The translations under genes and the position numbers were made by a program. Under the pieces are notes generated by a model. That model saw only the letters and a program-made list of their open reading frames with translations, had not been told where the DNA came from and searched no databases. 32,000 bases of DNA from Erysipelotrichaceae bacterium OH741_COT-311. Its GTDB lineage: Bacteria; Bacillota_I; Bacilli_A; Erysipelotrichales; Erysipelotrichaceae. This document shows, one piece after another, positions 1-8,587 of the stretch. The DNA is taken from positions 96,823 through 128,822 of the forward strand of contig RQZE01000006.1 in NCBI GenBank assembly GCA_003858585.1. Reading direction: 5' to 3'. The number at the start of each line of letters is the position of its first letter. The stretch's first letter is position 1.

Positions 1-660
1 GGTTTTATATCAAAGGATACTGTAGAAATAAGGATAGATGATATCGATATAAAATTACAGCTAAAAGAATTTACACCTTTAAAAACAAGTCTGTTTAATC
101 CCTCTATCATGGGGTTCTTTGAATATCTTCCTATGCCATGTTTTCATGATGTGATTAGTATGAATCATGAAGTAGTAGGAAAGGTAAAGATGCAAGAGGA
201 AACGATAGCTTTTAAAGGAAAAGGCTATATAGAAGCAGATCGAGGGAAAAGTTTTCCAAAGTATTATCTTTGGGCACAATGTAATCATTTTAAAAAAAGT
301 AATGCTTCTTTGTTTCTTTCCGTTGCGGATATTTCTACAAAGTTTTTTAAGTTTTTAGGGCATATTGCAGTGTTTTATTATGAAGGGAAAGAGTATCGTT
401 TTGCGTCTTATCTTGGTAGTAAAGTAACAGTTGAAGTATCAAAAGATAAACAAAATGCGAGTGTATGTTTTTCAAATCGAAAGCATACATTACGCTGTTA
501 CATTGAATTAAAGGAAGGAAATACACTTATTGCACCAATGCATGATAAAATGGATTTTAAAATTAAGGAACAAGTGAAGTCATATATTCAGATTGAGTTT
601 GATGACTATCAAGATGAAAGTTCCTTTTGTGCAAGTGAGTTAGTAAATTGGAAGGGATAA
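1..660 (+). CDS. tocopherol-cyclase-like family protein (5' end cut by window edge)
   Basis: Frame 1 is open from nt 1 into ORF 109..660. The string IMGFFEYLPMPCFHDVISMNH...GKGYIEADRGKSFPKYYLWAQCNHF matches my recollection of the conserved core of bacterial tocopherol-cyclase-like proteins (MEC.H..S...GY.EKDWG.SFP..W.W.Q.N.F). Confidence 0.55.
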   Translation, partial: GFISKDTVEIRIDDIDIKLQLKEFTPLKTSLFNPSIMGFFEYLPMPCFHDVISMNHEVVGKVKMQEETIAFKGKGYIEADRGKSFPKYYLWAQCNHFKKSNASLFLSVADISTKFFKFLGHIAVFYYEGKEYRFASYLGSKVTVEVSKDKQNASVCFSNRKHTLRCYIELKEGNTLIAPMHDKMDFKIKEQVKSYIQIEFDDYQDESSFCASELVNWKG

Positions 661-668
661 ATTTTAAA

Positions 669-1433
669 ATGGATAAACAAGCATTATACAAAGTATGGAA
701 AGAAGAGGAAACTCAAGCACATATCAAGGGTTGGGATTTTTCGCACATATATCATCGCTATAAGGAAGAAAATGATCTTCCTTGGGATTTTAAAACCATT
801 ATTCACACCTATTTAAAGGATGACATGAAACTTTTAGATATGGAAACAGGTGGTGGAGAGTTTCTACTTTCTTTAAATCATCCTTACAACAATACTTCTG
901 CTATTGAAGGATATAAGCCCAATGTAGAATATTGTAAAGAGGTATTATTACCATTAAGGATTGACTTTAAAGAAGCCGATGGAGAAGAGATCTTGCCATT
1001 TGAAAAAGAGTCATTTGATCTTATTACGAATCGTCATGGTGCATATAATATTGCAGAATTAACTAGAGTGTTAAAGAAAGATGGATTGTTTATTACCCAA
1101 CAAGTTGGAGCAGAAAATGACAAAGAACTGATTCATCTTCTTCAACCCGAACTTACTACATTTGCCTATTCTAAGCATTATTTAGATTTTCAAAAACAAG
1201 AGTTTATAAATCACGGTTTTGAAATTATAGAATGTGGGGAAACATTTCGACCCATCTATTTCTATGATGTTGGTGCCTTAGTTTGGTTTGCAAGAATCAT
1301 TGAGTGGGAATTTCCAGGATTTTCCGTGGATACACATTTAGAGAATTTATACAAAGCTCAAGAAATGTTAGAGAAACACGGTTTTATTGAAGGAAGCATC
1401 CATCGTTTTTATATCGTTGTGAAAAAGAAGTAG
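669..1433 (+). CDS. class I SAM-dependent methyltransferase (small-molecule type)
   Basis: Motif I LLDMETGGGEFLLSL and a post-I acidic / FDLITNRHG pattern. The ATG at 669 is preferred over the TTG at 648. No DNA-methyltransferase motifs (DPPY/NPPY or PCQ..ENV) were seen. Confidence 0.7.
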   Translation: MDKQALYKVWKEEETQAHIKGWDFSHIYHRYKEENDLPWDFKTIIHTYLKDDMKLLDMETGGGEFLLSLNHPYNNTSAIEGYKPNVEYCKEVLLPLRIDFKEADGEEILPFEKESFDLITNRHGAYNIAELTRVLKKDGLFITQQVGAENDKELIHLLQPELTTFAYSKHYLDFQKQEFINHGFEIIECGETFRPIYFYDVGALVWFARIIEWEFPGFSVDTHLENLYKAQEMLEKHGFIEGSIHRFYIVVKKK

Positions 1434-1685
1434 AGATTCTTTGTTATGCTATCTTGTTTCTAATAGATAGAAAAGTAGAATGTAAGTGAATATTGATGAA
1501 TATTAAATTAATATATTTAAGGAAAGGAATAAAAGAAAAATGATAGTTAATATAAGCCTACAATGATATAATAGCAACATATAAAGGACTAATTTAAAAT
1601 ATATAATATTGATAAAAATGTATATAATTAATTACAAAAGATGAATACTATAGATTTACCCAAAATTTAAGGAGGGGGAATAAAC

Positions 1686-2738
1686 ATGTACAAGTCTCAG
1701 GCAAGAGGTCAATTACTTGAAATTGTTTTAGAAAAACTTATTGAAGTAAATGGATATAAAGTTATTAATGAAGGAGAAGATGTTGAGGAACAGAATAATG
1801 GCTTGAATGTTAGAGGACGTGGAGGCTTTCACCAATGTGACTCTCTTGGAGAATTTAAAATTACGCCACCATTCATGTATCCATTAAGATTATTCGTTGA
1901 AGCTAAATTTTATGAAAAGGAAAAAGTTGGGATTGAAAAGGTAAGAATGGGTATTGGGATTCTACAAGATGTAAATACTAATTATTCTACCTGTGACATG
2001 GATTATAATCAGCTAAATTTAACTAGATATGATTATCATTATGCGTTGTTTTCTACATCGGGATTCACGTTTCCTGCTCAAAGAATGGCTCTTGCACACA
2101 AAATAGGTTTAATTGATTTAAGTAATGGTCAACTTAGCTTTATAAAATCATTAATAAGAGACATTGTAAATTTATTATTTGATAATGTTAATATTAGCGA
2201 GGGCGTGTTTAATCAATTTAAAAAAATTTTTAAGAATATTATAAATAACCATTTTGAAGACTATTCATGCAAATTATATGAAATGTCTCGATTATTGGAA
2301 GATTCGTATTTTTTAAGTGATTTAGAAAGGTTAATAAATGATTTGGTTAATCAAATTCAAAATCAATCTATTTATCTTGCCAGTATAAGAAGTTCTCAAA
2401 TAATAGCACTTATTCCAAAAAATAATGAAGATTTTAAATTGTCTCTTAAAAGAAATCCACATCAAAGCGTATCAATTAATTGGGAAGACCATAATGGTGA
2501 TTGGATTGTGAGACCAGAAGATCAATCGTATGAGTTAATTTTTAAATTACCTGAACTATTAGTTAGGGAGCTAAGTCAGAATTTAGAAAATATTGAAGCA
2601 AATTCAATGGCAATGAAAGAATCAGTACTAGCTACCATGAGTTTTGTTGCATACCTTGATAATCAAAATCCTACTTTATGTACATTAAAATTTGATAAAG
2701 AAATGACACTGGGAAATATTAATCGATTTAATACTTAA
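1686..2738 (+). CDS. Mrr-like PD-(D/E)xK restriction-endonuclease-fold protein with uncharacterised ~200-aa C-terminal region
   Basis: Strong RBS AAGGAGGGGG upstream. The N-terminal ~150 aa follow the Mrr_cat pattern: GQLLEIVLEKLIEVNGYKV, D52 (HQCDSLGEF), E72-A-K74 (LFVEAKF), then YALFSTSGFTFPAQRMALAHKIGLIDL. I cannot assign the C-terminal half to any family. Confidence 0.6.
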   Translation: MYKSQARGQLLEIVLEKLIEVNGYKVINEGEDVEEQNNGLNVRGRGGFHQCDSLGEFKITPPFMYPLRLFVEAKFYEKEKVGIEKVRMGIGILQDVNTNYSTCDMDYNQLNLTRYDYHYALFSTSGFTFPAQRMALAHKIGLIDLSNGQLSFIKSLIRDIVNLLFDNVNISEGVFNQFKKIFKNIINNHFEDYSCKLYEMSRLLEDSYFLSDLERLINDLVNQIQNQSIYLASIRSSQIIALIPKNNEDFKLSLKRNPHQSVSINWEDHNGDWIVRPEDQSYELIFKLPELLVRELSQNLENIEANSMAMKESVLATMSFVAYLDNQNPTLCTLKFDKEMTLGNINRFNT

Positions 2739-3099
2739 CAAATTTTAATAATATATAAAATGTTGTCTCAACTTCTAATGAGTTGTAATTAAAATGATAT
2801 ATAGCCTAAAAGATAGATGAAATATTCTTTTTGTATATAATTTGTTAGCGTATTTTTTAAAATGTATAAAGTAATTAATTATAAGTTCATGTCTTATCAT
2901 TGAAACTTGTGTAATTATGAAGAATAATAATCATTAATAAATTTAGATGAGTGTGGTAGCTCTTATTGCAACAGGTATTGCTTATGGGATTATTGTGTTT
3001 TTCTGTTAGTTTAAAATCAAAGATAATTATATTTTAAGTAAAGAATATTTTTTATAATAGAATTATTTTATGAAAGAAGTATTGTCTTAAGGAGTTATT

Positions 3100-3564
3100 A
3101 TGGTTCATTTAAAAGAAATTACAAAAGATCAAGAACAAGTTTTATTTAATATTATGCAGAAATATTTATATGAAATGAGTCAATACTACGCTAAATCAAT
3201 GGATGAACAAGGGAATTATCCTTATAAATATTTACCTTGTTATTTCACTGAGGAAGATCGGCATGCCTATTTTATCTATGAAGATACATTGTTAATTGGA
3301 TTTGTATTAGTGAATAAACACTCTTTTACAAAGGAGGAAATAGATTGTTGTATTGCAGAGTTTTGCATCTTTCCAACTTTTAGAAAGAAAGGTTATGGCT
3401 TAGATGCGGTAGAAGCAATAAGAAGGCTTCATCCCGGAAGTCTTCAATTAAAATATTCCAAAGCAAACACATTAGGTATGGCTTTTTGGAAAAAGGTATG
3501 TAAGAAATATCAAGGAATTGAAATCGTAAGCGATGATGAAATCATAGTAACCATCCATTCATAA
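3100..3564 (+). CDS. GNAT family N-acetyltransferase
   Basis: RBS AAGGAG 6 nt upstream. Acetyl-CoA motif A-like IAEFCIFPTFRKKGYGLDAV. Confidence 0.7.
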   Translation: MVHLKEITKDQEQVLFNIMQKYLYEMSQYYAKSMDEQGNYPYKYLPCYFTEEDRHAYFIYEDTLLIGFVLVNKHSFTKEEIDCCIAEFCIFPTFRKKGYGLDAVEAIRRLHPGSLQLKYSKANTLGMAFWKKVCKKYQGIEIVSDDEIIVTIHS

Positions 3565-3572
3565 AATAGATA

Positions 3573-3602
3573 AAAACGACTAAAAAGACTTAGCCGTTTT
3601 TT
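3573..3602 (+). terminator. rho-independent terminator
   Basis: AAAACGACTAA / TTAGCCGTTTT stem with one mismatch, followed by a T-run, directly after the stop of 3100..3564. Confidence 0.6.
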
Positions 3603-3646
3603 AATAGGATAAGAGTGTGATAAAATAGGGATATAGAGGTAACGAT

Positions 3647-3982
3647 ATGGCATCAAGCAAAGAATACTTAGAGTTTATTTTGGAACAACTTTGTGATTTA
3701 GAAGATGTTAGCTATCGTTTTATGATGGGTGAATATGTTTTGTATTACAAAGGTAAAATTTTTGGTGGCATTTATGATAATCGCTTTTTGGTAAAACCAG
3801 TGCCAGCTGCCATTCAATATGTCTCAAAGATAGAGTATGCCTTACCTTATAAAGGTGGTAAAGAGATGTTGTTGGTGGATAATATAGATGATAAAACATA
3901 TTTAGGTGGGCTAATAACTGCTATGTATGATGAGTTACCTGTTTTAAAAATAAAGCAACGTGAAAAAAAGAGAAATGATTGA
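3647..3982 (+). CDS. TfoX/Sxy N-terminal domain protein
   Basis: KEYLEFILEQL...VSYRFMMGEYVLYYKGKIFGGIYDNRFLVK matches the TfoX_N pattern as I recall it. RBS AGAGGT. Confidence 0.6.
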   Translation: MASSKEYLEFILEQLCDLEDVSYRFMMGEYVLYYKGKIFGGIYDNRFLVKPVPAAIQYVSKIEYALPYKGGKEMLLVDNIDDKTYLGGLITAMYDELPVLKIKQREKKRND

Positions 3983-4010
3983 GACGTGTCAAAGTATTGG
4001 GTGGTGAGGT

Positions 4011-4574
4011 ATGAATACATATATTGATATTACAGATGTTGTGCTTAAGACAAATCGTTTAACACTTCGTCCTTTTCATCAAGAGGATTTAGAAGATTTC
4101 TATCAGTATGCTTCTGTGGATGGAGTAGGACAAATGGCGGGATGGAGACCTCATTCTAGTAAAGAAGAAACACAGGCTATACTAGATTCTTTTGTAAAGA
4201 AGAAAAAAACATTTGCTTTAGAATATCAAGGAAAGGTGATCGGATCACTTGGGATTGAAGAATATAATGTAGAAAAATTTCCCGAATTTAACGATAAAAA
4301 ATGTCGACAACTTGGTTTTGTTCTTGCGAAAGAACATTGGGGGAAAGGATTTATGGTAGAGGCGGTAAATGAAGTTCTGTGCTATCTTTTTGAAGATATT
4401 GGATTAGATCTCATCTTATGTGGGTATTTTTTAAAAAATAAACAGTCACAAAGAGTACAAGAAAAATGTGGGTTTCAACCATATAGAAAGAGTATGCATC
4501 AAACTGAGATGGGTGATATTGAAGAAAGCGTGGATAATATATTACGTAAAGAGGAATGGAAACAAAATAACTAG
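4011..4574 (+). CDS. GNAT family N-acetyltransferase (RimJ/RimL-like)
   Basis: TNRLTLRPFHQEDLEDFYQY N-terminus and the HWGKGFMVEAV motif are typical of the Acetyltransf_3/RimJ-RimL class. Confidence 0.75.
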   Translation: MNTYIDITDVVLKTNRLTLRPFHQEDLEDFYQYASVDGVGQMAGWRPHSSKEETQAILDSFVKKKKTFALEYQGKVIGSLGIEEYNVEKFPEFNDKKCRQLGFVLAKEHWGKGFMVEAVNEVLCYLFEDIGLDLILCGYFLKNKQSQRVQEKCGFQPYRKSMHQTEMGDIEESVDNILRKEEWKQNN

Positions 4575-4674
4575 CTTGTTTCAATCATATTGATAGAACT
4601 GGAAAAATGAATTTAAAATGAGAAGAAATCATAGGAAATGCATTTCTATAACATAAGTATATATGGAGGTAATT

Positions 4675-5298
4675 ATGAGAAGTGGACATGTTATTTATAA
4701 AGTAAATGATTTACAACAAGCGGTGCAAGAGTGGAGAAGCAAAGGCTTTGAAGTTGAGTATGGAAGAAAGAAAAATCCGATTAATGCAATCATATATTTT
4801 AGTGAAGGGGCTTATATTGAACTGCTACAGAATACCGGCATGCCTAAAATTGTAAAGTTGTTAAGTAAAATTTTTGGTTCAAATAAGAAAATGGAACGCT
4901 TTCATTACTGGGATACATGTAAAGAAGGGTTATGTGGATTTTGTATTGAAAAGGATTTTGGAAGTTTAGATGAAGAAGTGGCATTTTTAAAGAAAAATGG
5001 TATAGATGGAGTATTATTTAATCATTTAAAACGCATTGATACAAAAGATAGAGAATTACAATACAGATGTTTTTTTCCGGAGGGCATCGATTTTCCTTTT
5101 TTAATGAGTTATTTTAGTGTTGATCCTAAACCGAAGAATTTTATACATCCAAATGGAGTGAAAAAAATCAAGAAGATTGTTTTTAAGATCGATGAACATC
5201 ATGCGAATATTTTAAAACAATTGGTAAAAGATGATACTCTTGAAATTATAGCTGATGAGAAAGAAAAAGGCATTGTCCATATTGAATATGAAAAGTAA
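4675..5298 (+). CDS. VOC / glyoxalase-like domain protein
   Basis: The ATG at 4675 is preceded by GGAGGT, so the ORF-track start at 4663 lies inside the RBS. HVIYKVNDLQQAVQEWRSKGFEVEYG...YIELL resembles the Glyoxalase_3 pattern. Confidence 0.6.
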   Translation: MRSGHVIYKVNDLQQAVQEWRSKGFEVEYGRKKNPINAIIYFSEGAYIELLQNTGMPKIVKLLSKIFGSNKKMERFHYWDTCKEGLCGFCIEKDFGSLDEEVAFLKKNGIDGVLFNHLKRIDTKDRELQYRCFFPEGIDFPFLMSYFSVDPKPKNFIHPNGVKKIKKIVFKIDEHHANILKQLVKDDTLEIIADEKEKGIVHIEYEK

Positions 5299-5329
5299 AT
5301 AGGGAGGGTAAGGATAGGGGATAAAATCA

Positions 5330-5956
5330 ATGTTTAATATTAAATACATGGGATATTATAAGGAAGAGACTCAATTAATAAATGGTGCCGCACTTCCTAT
5401 TAACGCAGTACAATTTAAAGAGGGAGATAACTTAAGTAGTATTTTTATTTTTGGTGCTATGGTAGGAATGCCATTTATATTAAGTATGATTCTTTTCGCT
5501 TATTTTAAAATGAAAGAAGTAAATTATGGATATACCTTTGAGCTAAATAGTGTAACTATTATAACCTATCTTGTAACATGTTTTTTAATGGTTGCCTTGT
5601 TGTTTGTCCATGAGTTTATTCATGCTATTTTATTTCCTTTAAAAGCAGAGAAAACAATATGGTTTTATCCTCAACAAGGAGCTTTGTTTGTCTATTGCAA
5701 TGCCTTGGTAAGTAAGATAAGATTTATTGTTATTTGTCTTGCGCCTGCGATGATTTTAGGTTTGATTCCCTTTGTGCTTTGGTATGTGTTTGCTAAACAT
5801 ATACAGATGCCCTATAGTTACGCTATAGTGGTTATATCTATTACAAATGTAGTGGCTTCTGTTGGAGATTTTGCAAATGTGTATAATGCGATTCGACAAG
5901 TTCCTAAAGGGGCATACATATTTAACTATGGATTTCATTCTTTTTGGTTGAAATAA
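5330..5956 (+). CDS. DUF3267-like integral membrane protein (putative zincin-like HExxH)
   Basis: Multiple hydrophobic segments. HEFIHAILFP motif located at a membrane helix end. Confidence 0.55.
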   Translation: MFNIKYMGYYKEETQLINGAALPINAVQFKEGDNLSSIFIFGAMVGMPFILSMILFAYFKMKEVNYGYTFELNSVTIITYLVTCFLMVALLFVHEFIHAILFPLKAEKTIWFYPQQGALFVYCNALVSKIRFIVICLAPAMILGLIPFVLWYVFAKHIQMPYSYAIVVISITNVVASVGDFANVYNAIRQVPKGAYIFNYGFHSFWLK

Positions 5957-6024
5957 TTAAGGGAAATAGAATTGTAATATCAAGAATGAGTAGACATTGG
6001 AAATTGAAAGTTTGGTAAGAAAAT

Positions 6025-6261
6025 ATGAATTGGACAATAAGAAATGTAATAAGTGGTGATGAAAAAGAGCTGGCTTATATACAAACAGAGAGTTGGAAGG
6101 AAGCCTTTAAACATATTCTTTCAGAAGAGTTACTTAAAATATATACAGATAAAAATCGTTCTATGAAGATGTACAAACGCTTAATCGATGAAGGTATTGG
6201 ACATGGATATATCTTAGAAGTAAACGGTAATCCTCATTGTATTGCATGGTGGGTTGCATAA
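6025..6261 (+). pseudogene. GNAT acetyltransferase, 5' fragment (gene interrupted by mobile element)
   Basis: 76 native residues ending ...GNPHCIAWW, then VA-stop read from element DNA. The missing acetyl-CoA-binding half is found in frame at 12008..12283. Confidence 0.8.
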
Positions 6262-6262
6262 T
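6257..6262 (+). promoter_or_regulatory. -10 half (CATAAT) of a promoter completed only in the excised circle
   Basis: CATAAT lies 4 nt inside the left end and ~48 nt upstream of the recombinase ATG. Joined to the right end, it lies 17 nt from TTGACA (11989-11994). Confidence 0.45.
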
Positions 6263-6310
6263 ATTAACTGAACAGGAGTGATATATAGACACAAAAAGGA
6301 GGATAAAGCA

Positions 6311-8149
6311 ATGATGGAATATGCAACCAAAATCACTGCGCTATACTCCCGCCTTTCAGTTGGTGATGAGGATAGGGATGGTGGGGAAAGCAACAGTATC
6401 GTTAATCAAAAGGCATTCTTAGAACGGTATGCAAAACAGCATAAGCTGATGAACATTCGCCACTATATCGACGATGATGAAAGCGGTCGCTTCTTTGACC
6501 GTAATGCTTACACACAGATGATAAGCGATGTGGAAAACGGTAAAATCGGCATAGTCATTATGAAAGATATGACAAGGTGGGGACGAGATTATCTTCAAGT
6601 TGGGAACGCTATGGAGATATTCAGAAGAAACAATGTACGCTTTATTGCCATCAACAACGGCATTGACAGCAAAGACCAAAATACATTGGAATTTGCCCCT
6701 TTTATCAATATTATGTCGGAGTGGTACGCAAGGGATATCAGTAAGAAAGTCAAAACAGGCATTAAGACCAAAGGAGCAAGCGGAAAGCCTGTCGCAACAG
6801 AAGCCCCGTACGGCTATATCAAAGACCCTGAGAACAAAGATTATTGGATCGTCGATAAAGAAGCTGCCGAAGTGGTAAAACTCATTTTTACGCTTTTTAT
6901 GGAGGGGAAAAATAGAAATCAGATAGCCGTTTATTTGAAAGAAAAAGAAATACTAACCCCAACCTTTTATATGAAACAGCAAGACAGAGGAACCGCAAAA
7001 AGCAGAACACTCAATGAAGAAAATCGCTATAACTGGAACAAAGCAACCCTAACACGCATACTGCAAAGGCAGGAGTATTGTGGCGATGTAGTCAACTTCA
7101 AAACCGAAAAGCATTACAAAGACAAGCGAAACCACTATGTCGATAAAGATAAGTGGCAAATCACCCCCGATGTGCATGAGCCAATCATCGACCGAGCCAC
7201 CTATGAAAATGTACAGCGGATATTAAAAAATGCACCGGTAAAAAGACCGAACGGAGATGGAGAAATCCACCCATTATCGGGATTGATGTACTGTAAAGAT
7301 TGCGGTACGAAAATGCACATTCGCACCATACACAAGAATAATAAAATACAGCATGTAACCTATTGTAGCGAATATGCCAAAGGCAAAGCCAAGCACCCGA
7401 AATGCCATTCCCCACATCGCATTGATGTCGATGATGTCATGGAAACGCTCAAAGAGATTTTACGAAAGATAGGCAAGTTTTCATTCACAAACAAATCAGA
7501 GTTTGAAGCATTGGTAAAAAACAGTCTTGCCAAAGAACAGACCGAAGAAGTAGGGAAACAAAAAAATCGTATCCCACAAATCACAGATAGATTGGAACAG
7601 ATAGAAAGAGTGATGAATAAACTGTATGAAGATAACGCACTGGGAAATATCGAGCCGAAACGCTATGAACAACTATCGGGGAAATATGCAGAAGAATATT
7701 ACAGCTTAAAAGCGGAACAGGAGCAAATAGAAGAACGCTTATCCGAATTTGAAAATGCCAACCAAAGAGCCAAGAATTTTATAAGGCTTGCTGAAAGCTA
7801 CTCAGACTTTGAAGAACTTACCCCCACTGCTATCAATGAATTTATCAGTAAAATAGTAGTGCATGAGCGAGATGTCAAAAGAGCAAAATATGCCGTTCAG
7901 CGAATCGAAGTCTATTTCAACTATATCGGAAAATTTGAAAATGAACTCACAAAACAGATCGAGCCGACAGAACAGGAAATGATACAGATGAGAGAAGAAA
8001 TCGAAGAAGCTAAGAAAGAAAAAGCACGAGCATATCGTAGGGAATATTACAAAGAATACCGAGCCAAAAATATTGAAAAATGCCGAGAGTATGAAAAAGT
8101 AAAGGCAAGAGAGTATAGAGCAAAAAAGAAGCTACAAGCAACAACCTAA
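6311..8149 (+). CDS. large serine recombinase (TnpX-like)
   Basis: AGGAGG at 6297-6302, 8 nt before the ATG at 6311. N-terminal resolvase catalytic pattern ALYSRLSVGDED...NQ. Recombinase domain, Cys-rich zinc-ribbon region (CKDCGTKMH...YCSEY...KCH) and a long coiled-coil C-terminus. Confidence 0.9.
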   Translation: MMEYATKITALYSRLSVGDEDRDGGESNSIVNQKAFLERYAKQHKLMNIRHYIDDDESGRFFDRNAYTQMISDVENGKIGIVIMKDMTRWGRDYLQVGNAMEIFRRNNVRFIAINNGIDSKDQNTLEFAPFINIMSEWYARDISKKVKTGIKTKGASGKPVATEAPYGYIKDPENKDYWIVDKEAAEVVKLIFTLFMEGKNRNQIAVYLKEKEILTPTFYMKQQDRGTAKSRTLNEENRYNWNKATLTRILQRQEYCGDVVNFKTEKHYKDKRNHYVDKDKWQITPDVHEPIIDRATYENVQRILKNAPVKRPNGDGEIHPLSGLMYCKDCGTKMHIRTIHKNNKIQHVTYCSEYAKGKAKHPKCHSPHRIDVDDVMETLKEILRKIGKFSFTNKSEFEALVKNSLAKEQTEEVGKQKNRIPQITDRLEQIERVMNKLYEDNALGNIEPKRYEQLSGKYAEEYYSLKAEQEQIEERLSEFENANQRAKNFIRLAESYSDFEELTPTAINEFISKIVVHERDVKRAKYAVQRIEVYFNYIGKFENELTKQIEPTEQEMIQMREEIEEAKKEKARAYRREYYKEYRAKNIEKCREYEKVKAREYRAKKKLQATT

Positions 8150-8174
8150 AACCAAATATCAACCAAGCAAAAGA

Positions 8175-8203
8175 GGTTTCCGAAGTACAGGAAATCTTTT
8201 TTT
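8175..8203 (+). terminator. rho-independent terminator after recombinase
   Basis: GGTTTCC-8nt-GGAAATC stem with one G:U pair, followed by TTTTTTT. Confidence 0.55.
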
Positions 8204-8225
8204 GTGCAAGTAAAAGGAGGATTAA

Positions 8226-8408
8226 ATGACCGAAAAACAAAAACCACAGACCAACGAAGAACAAGCGACACACCGAAAACCTGATGGCATTCTAACAAAA
8301 AAGATGAATGGAAAGACCTTTGTAACAGAAATATATTTTGATAAAAAGAGCAAGGATACCTTTCAAGATAAGCTGTTAAAGATAGTGCAAGCCCAGCGGA
8401 AAGAATAA
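8226..8408 (+). CDS. TnpW-like small transposon-encoded protein
   Basis: RBS AAAGGAGG. GKTFVTEIYFDKKSKDTFQDKLLKIV resembles the TnpW family pattern (..TTY.V.V.FS..SKET..DKL.RLI) as I recall it. Confidence 0.5.
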   Translation: MTEKQKPQTNEEQATHRKPDGILTKKMNGKTFVTEIYFDKKSKDTFQDKLLKIVQAQRKE

Positions 8409-8494
8409 ATAAAACAAACACTTTGTATTTTGCTTCTCCGTGCTTTTCAATCTGTTCCTATGAAAAACACGAAAGCAAGCAGAAAATCCGACAG

Positions 8495-8523
8495 TGGAAA
8501 AAATGCCCTCAAAATGGTATAAT
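8495..8523 (+). promoter_or_regulatory. extended -10 promoter of cargo slot 1
   Basis: TGGAAA - 17 nt - TGgTATAAT (TG at 8515-8516, TATAAT at 8518-8523). The same 12-mer ATGGTATAATAT recurs at 11270-11281. Confidence 0.5.
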
Positions 8524-8587
8524 ATTGATAAACAATTAGAGAAACAAGTTTGAATTTATTGAGATGAACTTTGGGAGAGGTATTAAG

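Noticed and set aside
669-1433. Methyltransferase as the modification partner of the Mrr-like nuclease (a type II R-M pair)
   Set aside because: No DNA-MTase catalytic motifs (DPPY/NPPY, PCQ/ENV) are present. It follows the upstream tocopherol-cyclase-like gene within 8 nt. It is separated from the nuclease gene by a 250-nt AT-rich gap with its own promoter.
1564-1572. Shared 11-mer TGATATAATAG at 1564-1574 and 14780-14790 as a dispersed repeat
   Set aside because: It is simply the extended -10 promoter consensus in AT-rich DNA. There is no flanking similarity.
2947-3009. 20-codon hydrophobic ORF (MSVVALIATGIAYGIIVFFC) in the AT-rich spacer after the Mrr-like gene
   Set aside because: It has no RBS or promoter that I can see. 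It is more likely a remnant of a membrane-protein gene than a functional peptide.
6419-8421. Antisense or alternative-frame ORFs overlapping the serine recombinase and TnpW-like genes (6419..6679-, 6600..6878+, 7185..7415-, 7360..7584-, 8010..8273-, 8146..8421-)
   Set aside because: They overlap a CDS with clear catalytic motifs. They show no start signals and have a composition-driven open-frame appearance.
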